Shown here piece by piece: positions 9,538 through 18,685 of a DNA stretch of 32,000 nt. Each line of letters opens with the position of its first letter. Position 1 is the first letter of the stretch. The stretch lies in NCBI RefSeq assembly GCF_002803295.2, contig NZ_PGGB02000002.1, positions 5,099 through 37,098 on the forward strand, in the 5' to 3' direction. A program made the translations under genes and the position numbers. This DNA comes from Caedibacter taeniospiralis. Its GTDB lineage: Bacteria > Pseudomonadota > Gammaproteobacteria > Francisellales > Francisellaceae. The notes under the pieces are model-generated. The model was given only the letters and a program-made list of their open reading frames with translations, did no database searches and was not told where the DNA came from.

Positions 9538-9894
9538 ATGAATATCAATGAAGTTGGAAAGGTATATGAAAGACCCTGGGGAACCTACCGCACGATTGAG
9601 CTCGCAACAGGCTATCAGGTTAAAGTAATTACGGTAAACCCAGGGGGGCAGTTGTCGCTACAAAAACACTTCAAGCGGGCTGAGCATTGGGTGGTGGTCA
9701 AAGGCTCGCCAACATTTACCATTAGTGAGAGTAAAAAGACTTATCTGGTTAACGAACATGTTTACATCGAAAAGGAAGAAGTACATCGTATGGAAAATAA
9801 TACCGATCTGCCTTGTGAAATTGTTGAAGTCCAAATCGGCAATTATCTCGGTGAGGACGACATTGTTCGGCTAGAGGATATTTATAACCGTTAA
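9538..9894 (+). CDS. Stand-alone cupin resembling the C-terminal phosphomannose isomerase domain of type II PMI/ManC proteins
   Basis: 118 aa. VYERPWGTYRTIELATGYQVKVITVNPGGQLSLQKHFKRAEHWVVVKG...NEHVYIEKEEVHRMENNTDLPCEIVEVQIGNYLGEDDIVRLEDIYNR. Confidence 0.85.
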   Translation: MNINEVGKVYERPWGTYRTIELATGYQVKVITVNPGGQLSLQKHFKRAEHWVVVKGSPTFTISESKKTYLVNEHVYIEKEEVHRMENNTDLPCEIVEVQIGNYLGEDDIVRLEDIYNR

Positions 9895-9945
9895 ATATGT
9901 ACTTATATGAGTACTTGCTCTATAATCCAGGCATCCTGATTTTAA

Positions 9946-10218
9946 GTGAAAAGATTTTTTATGCATACCGTCAACTATAGTAATTTTGGCAACCAGCTTG
10001 CAGCTTCCATGGATAAGGTTGTAATGGATCATCAACCAATGATTGTTACCAGAGGCAGCGATAAATCTGCGGTGGTGGTGATGTCTTTGGAGGACTTCAA
10101 ATCGTATGAAGAGACTGCTTATTTGATGTCAAGCTATGTAAATGCAAGCCGTTTAAATGCAGCGATTAAGGAAATCAATAACCAGCAAGTGCAACGACAT
10201 GGAATAATTGAGGAATGA
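9946..10218 (+). CDS. yefM: YefM/Phd family antitoxin (likely start at the Met at 9961)
   Basis: NYSNFGNQLAASMDKVVMDHQPMIVTRGSDKSAVVVMSLEDFKSYEETAYLMSS. Overlaps the downstream toxin ORF by 4 nt (ATGA). Confidence 0.9.
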   Translation: MKRFFMHTVNYSNFGNQLAASMDKVVMDHQPMIVTRGSDKSAVVVMSLEDFKSYEETAYLMSSYVNASRLNAAIKEINNQQVQRHGIIEE

Positions 10219-10472
10219 TCCTGGCTTGGTCAACGTGTGCTTGGGAAGATTATCTTTTTTGGCAGGAAAATGATAAAAAGAAGCTAAAGCGCATCAATCA
10301 GTTGATCAAAGACATTAAGCGAACGCCTTTTTCTGGTCTGGGTGATCCTGAACCTTTGCGTTATAATTGGGCAGGTTTCTGGTCGCGGCGCATTGATCGT
10401 GAACACCGCTTGGTCTATCAATATGAAAATAATACCATCACCATTGCCCAATGTCGTTTTCACTACGGCTAA
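10215..10472 (+). CDS. yoeB: YoeB family mRNA interferase toxin
   Basis: 85 aa. WSTCAWEDYLFWQENDKKKLKRINQLIKDIKRTPFSGLGDPEPLRYNWAGFWSRRIDREHRLVYQ...CRFHYG. Confidence 0.93.
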   Translation: MILAWSTCAWEDYLFWQENDKKKLKRINQLIKDIKRTPFSGLGDPEPLRYNWAGFWSRRIDREHRLVYQYENNTITIAQCRFHYG

Positions 10473-10564
10473 CTCTCCTAAAATAAAAACTTGTAATTTT
10501 GGGCTCCAGCGCAATCTATAGCGATTATGTTTTTTACCAACCCAACAATTAAGCAGGGAAATGT

Positions 10565-11119
10565 ATGTTAGAAATGAAAGGCACTACGATTTTATGCGTG
10601 CGCCGTGGTGATGAAGTAGTGATTGGTGGTGATGGTCAAGCGACTCTAGGCAATACGGTGGCTAAGGATAATATTGTTAAAGTGCGTAAATTAAGTAATG
10701 GCAAGGTGTTGACAGGTTTTGCAGGTTCAACCGCAGATGCGTTTACGTTGTTTGAAAAATTTGAGCAAAAGCTCGATTTTTATCAGGGAAATTTAGAGCG
10801 TGCGTCGGTTGAAATGGTACGTGAATGGCGTTTGGATCGAATGATGAGTAAATTGGAGGCGATGATTATTGTAGCTGATGAAAATAAATCACTCCTTATC
10901 TCTGGCGTTGGAGATGTCATGGCAGCCGATGAAAGAGGTATCTTGTCGATTGGTTCAGGTTCGGCCTTTGCAAAAGCCGCAGCTCACGCTTTGGTCGATA
11001 ACACGGATTTGCCAGCCTACGAAATCGTGCAAAAAAGCTTAAATATCGCTGCAGATATTTGTATTTACACCAATCATAATTTAACCATTGAAAAATTACC
11101 CAACAAGGCAAAAGCATAA
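10565..11119 (+). CDS. hslV: ATP-dependent protease proteolytic subunit HslV (ClpQ)
   Basis: [38 protein letters not shown]...[21 protein letters not shown]; hslU follows directly. Confidence 0.97.
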   Translation: MLEMKGTTILCVRRGDEVVIGGDGQATLGNTVAKDNIVKVRKLSNGKVLTGFAGSTADAFTLFEKFEQKLDFYQGNLERASVEMVREWRLDRMMSKLEAMIIVADENKSLLISGVGDVMAADERGILSIGSGSAFAKAAAHALVDNTDLPAYEIVQKSLNIAADICIYTNHNLTIEKLPNKAKA

Positions 11120-11143
11120 GCCATTTTTGTTAAGGAAGAGACT

Positions 11144-12493
11144 ATGTCGCAAATGACACCTAAAGAAATTGTAAGTGAATTAGATCGTTTTATCATTGGT
11201 CAGAAAGCTGCTAAAAAAGCCGTGGCCATTGCCCTTAGAAACCGCTGGCGCAGAATGCAATTAGAAGAAGGAATGCGCCAGGAGGTAACCCCTAAAAATA
11301 TTTTAATGATCGGACCCACAGGGGTTGGTAAAACTGAAATTGCGCGACGCTTGGCAAAACTTGCTAATGCCCCATTTATCAAGATTGAGGCAACAAAATT
11401 TACGGAAGTTGGTTATGTGGGTAAGGATGTAGATTCTATCATTCGTGATCTGGCTGATATTGCGATTAAAATGTACCGTGAGCAGGAGAAAACAAAAGTA
11501 TCCGTGCGTGCGGATGTGCTTGCCAGAGAGCGTATCCTCGATGCGCTATTACCTCCAGCAAGAGAAAGTAAGGTTGGTTTCGCTAATGAGCCTATTGAGA
11601 TGGAGCAAAAAAGCGAAAGCACCACACGCCAGTTATTTAGAAAAAAACTGGAGGCTGGCGAGCTGAATGACAAAGAAATTGAAATTGATATTGCAATGGC
11701 ACCGCAGCAGATGAATATCATGGGACCTCCAGGCATGGAGGATATGACCGATCAGCTGCAAAACCTGTTTTCTGCCATGGGGAACGAACGTAGAAAACGC
11801 AGAAAAATTAAAGTTAAAGATGCCCTGAAGTTATTGCAAGATGAAGAAGCAGGCAAGCTTGTTAATGAAGATGACGTTAAGCTTAAAGCGATTGAGGCGG
11901 TTGAACAGAACGGGATTGTGTTTATTGATGAGATTGACAAGGTATGTAAAAGATCAGAACAGCGCGGAGGTGATGTCTCACGCGAAGGTGTGCAGCGTGA
12001 TTTGTTGCCATTGGTTGAAGGCTCAACCGTAAGTACCAAATATGGCATGATAAAAACCGATCATATATTATTTATTGCCTCAGGGGCATTTCATGTGGCT
12101 AAACCATCCGACTTAATTCCTGAACTGCAAGGTCGTTTACCAATTCGTGTTGAGCTTAGATCTCTTGAGGTAGAAGACTTTGTGCGTATTCTTAGCGAGC
12201 CTGATTATTCGCTAATTAAACAATATATTGCGTTATTAGCTACGGAAGCGCTTAATGTGACTTTTGACAACGATGCGGTGAGGCGTGTCGCTGAGATTGC
12301 ATATCGGGTTAATGAAGAAGTTGAAAACATTGGTGCAAGGCGCTTACATACGGTATTGGAGCGATTGTTGGAAGAAGTATCTTTTGATGCGTCAGATCGG
12401 ACTGAAAAAAGCTTCAACATAAGCGCGGATTATGTTAATGAAAAACTAGGTGATTTGGTCAAGGATCGTGACTTAAGCCAGTATATTCTTTAG
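11144..12493 (+). CDS. hslU: ATP-dependent protease ATPase subunit HslU (ClpY)
   Basis: [34 protein letters not shown], Walker [45 protein letters not shown]-terminal DLSQYIL. Confidence 0.98.
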   Translation: MSQMTPKEIVSELDRFIIGQKAAKKAVAIALRNRWRRMQLEEGMRQEVTPKNILMIGPTGVGKTEIARRLAKLANAPFIKIEATKFTEVGYVGKDVDSIIRDLADIAIKMYREQEKTKVSVRADVLARERILDALLPPARESKVGFANEPIEMEQKSESTTRQLFRKKLEAGELNDKEIEIDIAMAPQQMNIMGPPGMEDMTDQLQNLFSAMGNERRKRRKIKVKDALKLLQDEEAGKLVNEDDVKLKAIEAVEQNGIVFIDEIDKVCKRSEQRGGDVSREGVQRDLLPLVEGSTVSTKYGMIKTDHILFIASGAFHVAKPSDLIPELQGRLPIRVELRSLEVEDFVRILSEPDYSLIKQYIALLATEALNVTFDNDAVRRVAEIAYRVNEEVENIGARRLHTVLERLLEEVSFDASDRTEKSFNISADYVNEKLGDLVKDRDLSQYIL

Positions 12494-12551
12494 TACATTT
12501 AAGCAGCTAAATAAAATTCGGTGATAACCATAGAAAACTCAAAAAATGCAA

Positions 12552-12579
12552 TTGACTTTGGGGCTTTAGCCCTTATAAT
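12552..12579 (+). promoter_or_regulatory. Probable sigma-70 promoter for the tRNA cluster
   Basis: TTGACT (12552-12557), 16-nt spacer, TATAAT (12574-12579), about 13 nt upstream of the tRNA-Gly 5' end. Confidence 0.7.
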
Positions 12580-12592
12580 CTGTCCCTGTTCT

Positions 12593-12667
12593 GCGGGAAT
12601 AGCTCAGCGGTAGAGCACAACCTTGCCAAGGTTGGGGTCGCGAGTTCGAACCTCGTTTCCCGCTCCA
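12593..12667 (+). tRNA. tRNA-Gly(GCC)
   Basis: GCGGGAA...TTCCCGC acceptor stem, anticodon loop TTGCCAA flanked by CAACC/GGTTG, TTCGAAC T-loop, encoded TCCA 3' end. Confidence 0.96.
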
Positions 12668-12670
12668 GAT

Positions 12671-12744
12671 GGCTGGGTAGCAAAATGGTTATGCAGAGGC
12701 CTGCAAAGCCTTGGACACCGGTTCGATTCCGGTCTCAGCCTCCA
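12671..12744 (+). tRNA. tRNA-Cys(GCA)
   Basis: GGCTGGG...CTCAGCC acceptor stem, anticodon loop CTGCAAA, GGTTCGATTCC T-arm, encoded TCCA. Confidence 0.95.
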
Positions 12745-12759
12745 GAACAAAGTTTTAGT

Positions 12760-12848
12760 GCCTGGGTGGTGAAATAGGTAGACACAAGGGACTTAAAATC
12801 CCTCGAGACTTAACTCTCGTGCCGGTTCGACTCCGGCCCCAGGCACCA
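12760..12848 (+). tRNA. tRNA-Leu(TAA)
   Basis: GCCTGGG...CCCAGGC acceptor stem, AGGGA-CTTAAAA-TCCCT anticodon arm, long variable arm, GGTTCGACTCC T-arm, encoded CCA. Confidence 0.96.
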
Positions 12849-12962
12849 TGTCTACGTTCATTTTCATGGCGACAGATTTTTGCAATGCGAGAGCGCTTGC
12901 TTGTCCTTTCAACTTAGACTAGACTGCTGTGCTTCGAAAATAGACAAATCAACATAATTACA

Positions 12963-13307
12963 ATGGAAACAAAGCAAATTTTAGATTTAGCCGTGAATGC
13001 CCTTGAGGATATCAAAGCCGAAAATATCACCGTTATGAATGTTGAGCATTTAACTGAGCTTATGAGCTACGTGGTTGTGTGTACGGCTAACTCTGGCACG
13101 CACGCAAAGGCACTTGCCAGTCATCTTGAGCTGACGGCAAAAAGAAATATGCTGACCATACTCGGTGTTGAGGGTGAAGCCAAAAGTGATTGGGTATTGG
13201 TTGATCTAGGCGATGTCGTCGTCCATATTATGCGCGAAGAAACCAGACAGTTTTATCAGTTAGAAAAACTTTGGGATATCAAACCAAATTCACCAAAAGC
13301 GCTTTAA
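12963..13307 (+). CDS. rsfS: Ribosomal silencing factor RsfS (YbeB/Iojap family)
   Basis: ALEDIKAENITVMNVEHLTELMSYVVVCTANSGTHAKALA...GEAKSDWVLVDLGDVVVHIM...RQFYQLEKLW. Confidence 0.94.
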   Translation: METKQILDLAVNALEDIKAENITVMNVEHLTELMSYVVVCTANSGTHAKALASHLELTAKRNMLTILGVEGEAKSDWVLVDLGDVVVHIMREETRQFYQLEKLWDIKPNSPKAL

Positions 13308-13379
13308 TAACATGCAAAAAACAGCGTCAAACTTATGGGTAGTTATTTGAGATAAATATGCCAGAAAAATAACCGTTTT

Positions 13380-13649
13380 TTAGGCAGTGCTGAGTAGCAG
13401 TTTCATTTCTTCAGGGGAGACAAATCCGGCTAAACGTCTGGTGGCCTTACGAATTTCAGAGATGGGCAATACCACCTGGCATAATCGATTAAGAAAAACA
13501 GTACCTGACTTACAACCACGCGCTGCCGCTAGATTTATAATATAGCGCATACGCTCAAGTGTTCTTTTATCTTTGGTCACTGATTGATTAAATGATTGTA
13601 AATAATTAACCACCCAATCAAAAGTTAGCAAGAACTTTCCTTTCAACAT
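13380..13649 (-). CDS. Small hypothetical protein (89 aa)
   Basis: Only open frame in an otherwise empty 0.5-kb gap; no family recognised. Coding status uncertain. Confidence 0.35.
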   Translation of the reverse strand: MLKGKFLLTFDWVVNYLQSFNQSVTKDKRTLERMRYIINLAAARGCKSGTVFLNRLCQVVLPISEIRKATRRLAGFVSPEEMKLLLSTA

Positions 13650-13895
13650 GCGGAACTCCTATTTAGCTTTGGCTGCTTGCACGCAATGATGACAGGCAAG
13701 GTGATTTATTTCAAGTTTCGGCAAGCAAATAATTGCTGTTTCCACGCCTGAAAGCGATGACTGATCAAGCGTGATTACAAAACAAAATACTTGTTTTTGC
13801 AATCTGCATCCGAGCCTAAAAAACACTTTATATTTTCAAAAATTTGGGTATATTCTCTAAACAAAATTCAAGCAATAGCATTTTAGGATAACTCC

Positions 13896-14846
13896 ATGTC
13901 GGATTTAATGCTTTTTAGTGGTCGCGCAAGTAGTGCGCTGACCGAAGAAATTTCCCATTTTTTGGGTGTACAACTTGGCAGAGCAACTGTTTCAACATTC
14001 AGTGATGGGGAATCACATATTGAGATTATCGACAATGTCAGAGGGCGCGATGTCTTTATCGTCCAATCCACGTGCCCGCCAAGTAATGACTACATCATGG
14101 AGCTCATGTTTTTAACTGACGCACTACGTCGCTCATCAGCTGGGCGCATTACTGCAGTCATTCCCTACTTTGGTTACGCGCGCCAGGATCGTCGCGTGCG
14201 TTCATCACGCGTACCCATCTCTGCCCGTGTAGTGGCTGACATGCTAACAGGCGTCGGCATTGATCGTCTGCTTACGGTAGATATTCACGCAGAGCAGATT
14301 CAGGGTTTTTTCAATATACCCCTGGATAACGTTTACGGCACACCAATTCTTTTGGATTACATCCGTGCACGTCACCTGGAAAACCCTATCGTCGTCTCTC
14401 CTGATATCGGGGGAGTTGTCCGCGCACGCGCCATGGCAAAAGCCTTAAATACAGACTTGGCGATTATTGATAAGCGTCGTCAAAAAGCGAATGAATCAGA
14501 AGTAATGAATATTATTGGGGATATCACCGATCGCCATTGCTTGATCGTCGATGACATTGTCGATACAGCAGGCACTTTGTGCAAAGCTGCTCAAGCGTTG
14601 ATTGAGCACGGAGCAGATAAGGTTTCTGCCTACTGTGTTCACCCTGTGTTATCAGGAAATGCAATTGCAAACATTGAAAGCTCGGTATTAGAAGAACTTG
14701 TTGTTACCAATTCCATTCCGCTTCATACCAATGCACTTAAGTGTAAAAAAATCAAAACCCTTTCATTAGCGCCTATGTTGTCCGAAGCCATTCGTCGAAC
14801 TAACAATGAAGAGTCGATCAGTTTAATGTTTTGTGACTTAATTTAA
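13896..14846 (+). CDS. prs: Ribose-phosphate pyrophosphokinase
   Basis: [14 protein letters not shown]..., [64 protein letters not shown]. Confidence 0.97.
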   Translation: MSDLMLFSGRASSALTEEISHFLGVQLGRATVSTFSDGESHIEIIDNVRGRDVFIVQSTCPPSNDYIMELMFLTDALRRSSAGRITAVIPYFGYARQDRRVRSSRVPISARVVADMLTGVGIDRLLTVDIHAEQIQGFFNIPLDNVYGTPILLDYIRARHLENPIVVSPDIGGVVRARAMAKALNTDLAIIDKRRQKANESEVMNIIGDITDRHCLIVDDIVDTAGTLCKAAQALIEHGADKVSAYCVHPVLSGNAIANIESSVLEELVVTNSIPLHTNALKCKKIKTLSLAPMLSEAIRRTNNEESISLMFCDLI

Positions 14847-14957
14847 ATCTTAACTTTTCTCTTTACTTCTGTTACAATCTCGCGGCTTTCTGATCAGGGT
14901 CGCATGGTCTGAAAGTGGTTTAAAACTAACTTTAATCACAAATTTAAGGAATTAAAA

Positions 14958-15248
14958 ATGACTGAATTTACATTCCAGGCGGAATTAAAAACTGAAACAG
15001 GTACGGGTGCGAGCCGCCGCCTACGTAAAACAGGTAAAATCCCTGCAATTATCTATGGCAATGGCGCAGAAGCAATTTCAATCTCACTTGATCACAACAA
15101 GATATTCCACGCTTTAGAAAACAAGGACTTCTACAGTGCAACCGTCAGCATTAACATTGACGGCAAAACTGAAAGCGTTAAAATCAAAGCATTACAACGT
15201 CATCCATTTAAGCCGAAAATCCTCCACGCCGATTTCATCCGCGCATAA
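14958..15248 (+). CDS. rplY: 50S ribosomal protein L25 (short form)
   Basis: 96 aa. FTFQAELKTETGTGASRRLRKTGKIPAIIYGNGAEAISISLDHNKI...KALQRHPFKPKILHADFIRA. Confidence 0.93.
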   Translation: MTEFTFQAELKTETGTGASRRLRKTGKIPAIIYGNGAEAISISLDHNKIFHALENKDFYSATVSINIDGKTESVKIKALQRHPFKPKILHADFIRA

Positions 15249-15575
15249 ATACTCAATAAGCTTTCAGTACGTGACATCAAAACCTCTTGGCTGATGTCGC
15301 GGTTAATAAGTCTTTAAGTACTTTACTTTCAATATTTGATTATTTTTAACTCATTATAATTACAGGTTCGCAGACGGAACGACGTCAAAGCCGTGATGAA
15401 TCACATTCCCAAATGCACCCTTTAACTTAGTGCCATTGCCCTTTAACTTCGTTTAAGGGGGTGCTTATCCCTTTTGGGCAAAGATCTGACTGGTCATTAA
15501 TGCTTAGGTTTTTACTGCTTTTGCTCGTTATTCTCGTTAAAATGTGTAGCTAATGAAAAATAATGAAATACGCTG

Positions 15576-17648
15576 ATGTTAGATAAACTCGACTTATTAT
15601 TTGAACTAGGCACGGAAGAGCTGCCACCAAAAGCCCTCAAACAAATGGCACAAAATCTGTTAGATCAGGTGTGCAAGCAGTTAGATGATTTAGACATTGA
15701 CTATCAAGACAAATCGTTTTATGCGTCACCGCGGCGTTTAGCGTTTATCATCAGAAACATTCAAACCATGCAAAAGGATCGCTTAATCGACAAAGAGGGT
15801 CCTTTTATCGATAAAGCTTATGATGATAAAGGTGTGCCAACAAAAGCTGCATTGGGATTTGCACAAGCCTGTGGCGTGGGGTTTGATAAGCTCTCAACCA
15901 TTGAGCATCAAAAGGGCAAGCGACTTTTTTATCAGGTTCAGCAACAAGGTCTTAGAACCAAAGACATCATTGGCGAAATCATTGATGGCGCACTCAAAAG
16001 ATTACCCATTCCAAAGATGATGCGCTGGGGAAATGAGGATCATCAATTTGTACGCCCTGTGCACTGGGCGGTGCTATTGCTTGGTGATGGGCTGATTGTG
16101 CATTCATTCTATGGTTGTAAAACATCTCATATCAGCTATGGTCACCGTTTCCATCACCCTGATGCGATTCATATTAATTCTTCGGCAGAATATGTTGCAA
16201 AACTAAAAAATGCTCATGTTCTTGTTGATTGGGAAATGCGTAAGTCTACGGTGATTCAGTCTGCAAAGGCTTTGGCTAAATCTCAAGACGCTCATGTAAT
16301 CCTAAATGATGAGTTAGTTGAGGAGGTTACGGCTATTGTCGAGTACCCGCATGCACTATTGTGTGACTTTGACCAAAGCTTTCTGCGAGTACCACAAGAG
16401 GCACTTAGTTCGGCGATGGAAGGTCATCAGAAGTGTTTTGCACTGGTGGATAAAAACAATAAGCTGGTCAATCATTTTATTACCATGAGTAATATCGACA
16501 GTCATGCTCCGCAAACGGTGATTAAGGGAAATAACAAAGTGATGGCTGCACGCTTATCAGATGCGGCATTTTTCTATGATACAGATGTTAAAAAACCGTT
16601 AGACACCTATATTGAAAAGCTTAAAGTGGTGACGTTTCAGAAGGAGCTAGGTTCGGTTTATGACCGCACACAGCGTATTGCGCTTCTGGCAAAGTCGATC
16701 GCAGGACATATTGGTGCGGATGAAGCGCTCGCCCATCGCGCAGGGCTTCTCAGTAAAGCAGATTTAATGACTGGTATGGTTTATGAGTTTACTGACTTGC
16801 AAGGCATTATGGGTAAATATTACGCACGTGCTCATGGCGAAAATGAAGCCGTATGTGAGGCAATTGAGCAGCAATATTGGCCAAAATATGCAGGTGATCG
16901 CCTGCCAAATGGAAAAGTTGCTCAAGCACTAGCTTTGGCAGAGAAATTAGATACGCTGGTTGGAATTTTTGGCATAGGGCAAAAACCGACAGGTGATAAA
17001 GATCCATTTGCATTGAGACGTGCCGCGATTGGTGTGCTGCGAATTTTAAAAGAATGCCATGTAAAAATTGCATTATCAACCCTGGTTCAGTTATCGATAG
17101 AAAGCTTCGCACATGATCAGCTTCAAAATATTAACGGGTTGAAAGAAGCCTTAATGCAATTTTTTGTTGATCGCCTAAAAGTTATTTACAAAGAAGAGGG
17201 CGTTGCAGCTGAAATTTTTGAAGCAGTAAGAGCCGTTGCGCATACGGATGTTACTGACTTTGACGCGCGCATCAGTGCTGTAATTGAGTTTAAGACCCAT
17301 CCCGCATGTGAGCGTTTAGCACAAAGCAATAAGCGTGTTGCGAATATCCTTAACAAAAATAATGTCAATCAGGTGTTAAGTATCAATAAAGCATTGTTGC
17401 AAGAGCCTGCTGAGTTTACCTTGTTTGAAGCTTTAACCAATACCAAAGCGCGATTAGAATCTATTCTTGCTAATACAGAATATAAAACTGCACTTATGGT
17501 GCTTTCGCAGTTGGATCAACCGATTGCAGATTTTTTTGAGCATATAATGGTCATAGCGGAAGATGAAAGCGTTAAAAATAATCGCTTGGCATTGTTGCAG
17601 CAGTTATCGGTTTTATTTAAACAAGTTGCTGATTTGGCTGTTTTATAG
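15576..17648 (+). CDS. glyS: Glycyl-tRNA synthetase beta subunit
   Basis: 690 aa. LLFELGTEELPPKALKQM, YASPRRLAFIIRNI, KRLPIPKMMRWGNEDHQFVRPVHW, FPKEL-type VVTFQKELGSVYDRTQRI, TGMVYEFTDLQGIMGKYYARAHGE. Confidence 0.97.
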   Translation: MLDKLDLLFELGTEELPPKALKQMAQNLLDQVCKQLDDLDIDYQDKSFYASPRRLAFIIRNIQTMQKDRLIDKEGPFIDKAYDDKGVPTKAALGFAQACGVGFDKLSTIEHQKGKRLFYQVQQQGLRTKDIIGEIIDGALKRLPIPKMMRWGNEDHQFVRPVHWAVLLLGDGLIVHSFYGCKTSHISYGHRFHHPDAIHINSSAEYVAKLKNAHVLVDWEMRKSTVIQSAKALAKSQDAHVILNDELVEEVTAIVEYPHALLCDFDQSFLRVPQEALSSAMEGHQKCFALVDKNNKLVNHFITMSNIDSHAPQTVIKGNNKVMAARLSDAAFFYDTDVKKPLDTYIEKLKVVTFQKELGSVYDRTQRIALLAKSIAGHIGADEALAHRAGLLSKADLMTGMVYEFTDLQGIMGKYYARAHGENEAVCEAIEQQYWPKYAGDRLPNGKVAQALALAEKLDTLVGIFGIGQKPTGDKDPFALRRAAIGVLRILKECHVKIALSTLVQLSIESFAHDQLQNINGLKEALMQFFVDRLKVIYKEEGVAAEIFEAVRAVAHTDVTDFDARISAVIEFKTHPACERLAQSNKRVANILNKNNVNQVLSINKALLQEPAEFTLFEALTNTKARLESILANTEYKTALMVLSQLDQPIADFFEHIMVIAEDESVKNNRLALLQQLSVLFKQVADLAVL

Positions 17649-17690
17649 TGCATGGGCGTATTGCTACACCCTACGGGTGAGAGTAGTAGG

Positions 17691-17715
17691 GTGGATAAGC
17701 CAAAGGCGCATCCAC
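17691..17715. repeat. REP-like palindromic fragment GTGGATaaGCCaaaGGCgcATCCAC
   Basis: Perfect GTGGAT/ATCCAC and GCC/GGC arms around a short loop, 43 nt after the glyS stop. Confidence 0.5.
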
Positions 17716-17817
17716 GCGGGAAAGCAAAAGCGCAAAACGGACGGAGTAGTCATTCCATTTGCATCATTTTATCTTTGAGGGAGAAGGATCAGGTTTCAGT
17801 CTGGATGGCTGGCGAGA

Positions 17818-18153
17818 TCATGACAAAATCACTTTTGAAATTTTTAAGACTTGCTCGATGCATGCTCTGGGGCATATTTCTATCTTCTCTGCATTTCGTG
17901 ACTGGAAATCTGTTGATCGTATTTGAAAGGTTATTATACTCCCCTGAGTTTTGCAGTTATCAGGGAGAATAACTTCAAATTTATTGCCACGCTGAGTACT
18001 TGTAATTGCGGCAACAAAGGCAAAACCAGTGTGTTCATTAAAAACCGATTTTGTTAGCACCAAAGCGGGTCTTCGTTTCATTATTTCGCGTCCAGAACTG
18101 GGATCAAAGTCAAGCCAGATAATATCGCCTTGATTCGGAATGTACTTTTTCAA
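17818..18153 (-). CDS. MazF/PemK/ChpB family mRNA interferase toxin
   Basis: 111 aa. YIPNQGDIIWLDFDPSSGREIMKRRPALVLTKSVFNEHTGFAFVAAITS...GSIITFQIRSTDF...EQVLKISKVIL. Confidence 0.93.
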   Translation of the reverse strand: MKKYIPNQGDIIWLDFDPSSGREIMKRRPALVLTKSVFNEHTGFAFVAAITSTQRGNKFEVILPDNCKTQGSIITFQIRSTDFQSRNAEKIEICPRACIEQVLKISKVILS

Positions 18154-18404
18154 AGCTCTTTTCCTTTAGAGTTGTCGTGCATCCATTCTTTATCCTCATC
18201 TAAAAGCTTAAAGCTTGATTTTGGACTTGCAGCAAGCATTTGCTCCAGGCTTAACTCCTCCATTTTAGGTGTTAAAACTATTTTGTTATCTTCGACACTA
18301 ATGTCGAGTTTGTCTCCAGTGTGAAGATTGAGTATCTGAAGTATTTTCTTAGGAATGCTTACAATATTGGCACCACCTGATTGTCTGAGAGATAATGATG
18401 ACAT
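18150..18404 (-). CDS. MazE/ChpS-like antitoxin (AbrB/SpoVT fold)
   Basis: 84 aa. LRQSGGANIVSIPKKILQILNLHTGDKLDISVEDNKIVLTPK. 4-nt overlap with the toxin ORF. Confidence 0.9.
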   Translation of the reverse strand: MSSLSLRQSGGANIVSIPKKILQILNLHTGDKLDISVEDNKIVLTPKMEELSLEQMLAASPKSSFKLLDEDKEWMHDNSKGKEL

Positions 18405-18593
18405 TTTAATGCTCCATTTTATTAAGTTATATAAAAGTATAACATGACCAAGCGAAAATATAGCATTTAATTTAGCGGATCATGAATCACAATGCCTTTA
18501 TAAGACCATAATACCCTGCCAGCTTCACGTGCAGAGCTTGTGGCATTCAAAGCTAAAAAGCAAAGCTGTTTGCTTCTTTCGGGCGCTTTTCAC

Positions 18594-18638
18594 CTCCTTC
18601 ACTTGTGAAGGGGTGGCAGCCGTAGGCTGACGGGGTGG
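18594..18638. repeat. Solo partial copy of the palindromic repeat family present at 3983-4144
   Basis: ctCCTTCACttGTGAAGGgGTGGCAGCCGTAGGCTGACGGGGTGG shares the CCTTCAC/GTGAAGGGG hairpin and the GACGGGGT(A/G)G tail with the 3983-4144 element. Confidence 0.65.
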
Positions 18639-18685
18639 TTTTGGCGCGAAAAATCACTAAGGTAGCGGCATTGGAATTATACCCC

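Noticed and set aside
12593-12848. tRNA cluster used as an integration site for an island
   Set aside because: No integrase gene or recognisable tRNA 3'-end duplication nearby; rsfS and prs follow normally.
15249-15575. Decayed glyQ remnant between rplY and glyS
   Set aside because: No glycyl-tRNA synthetase alpha-like peptide could be made out in any frame of this gap.
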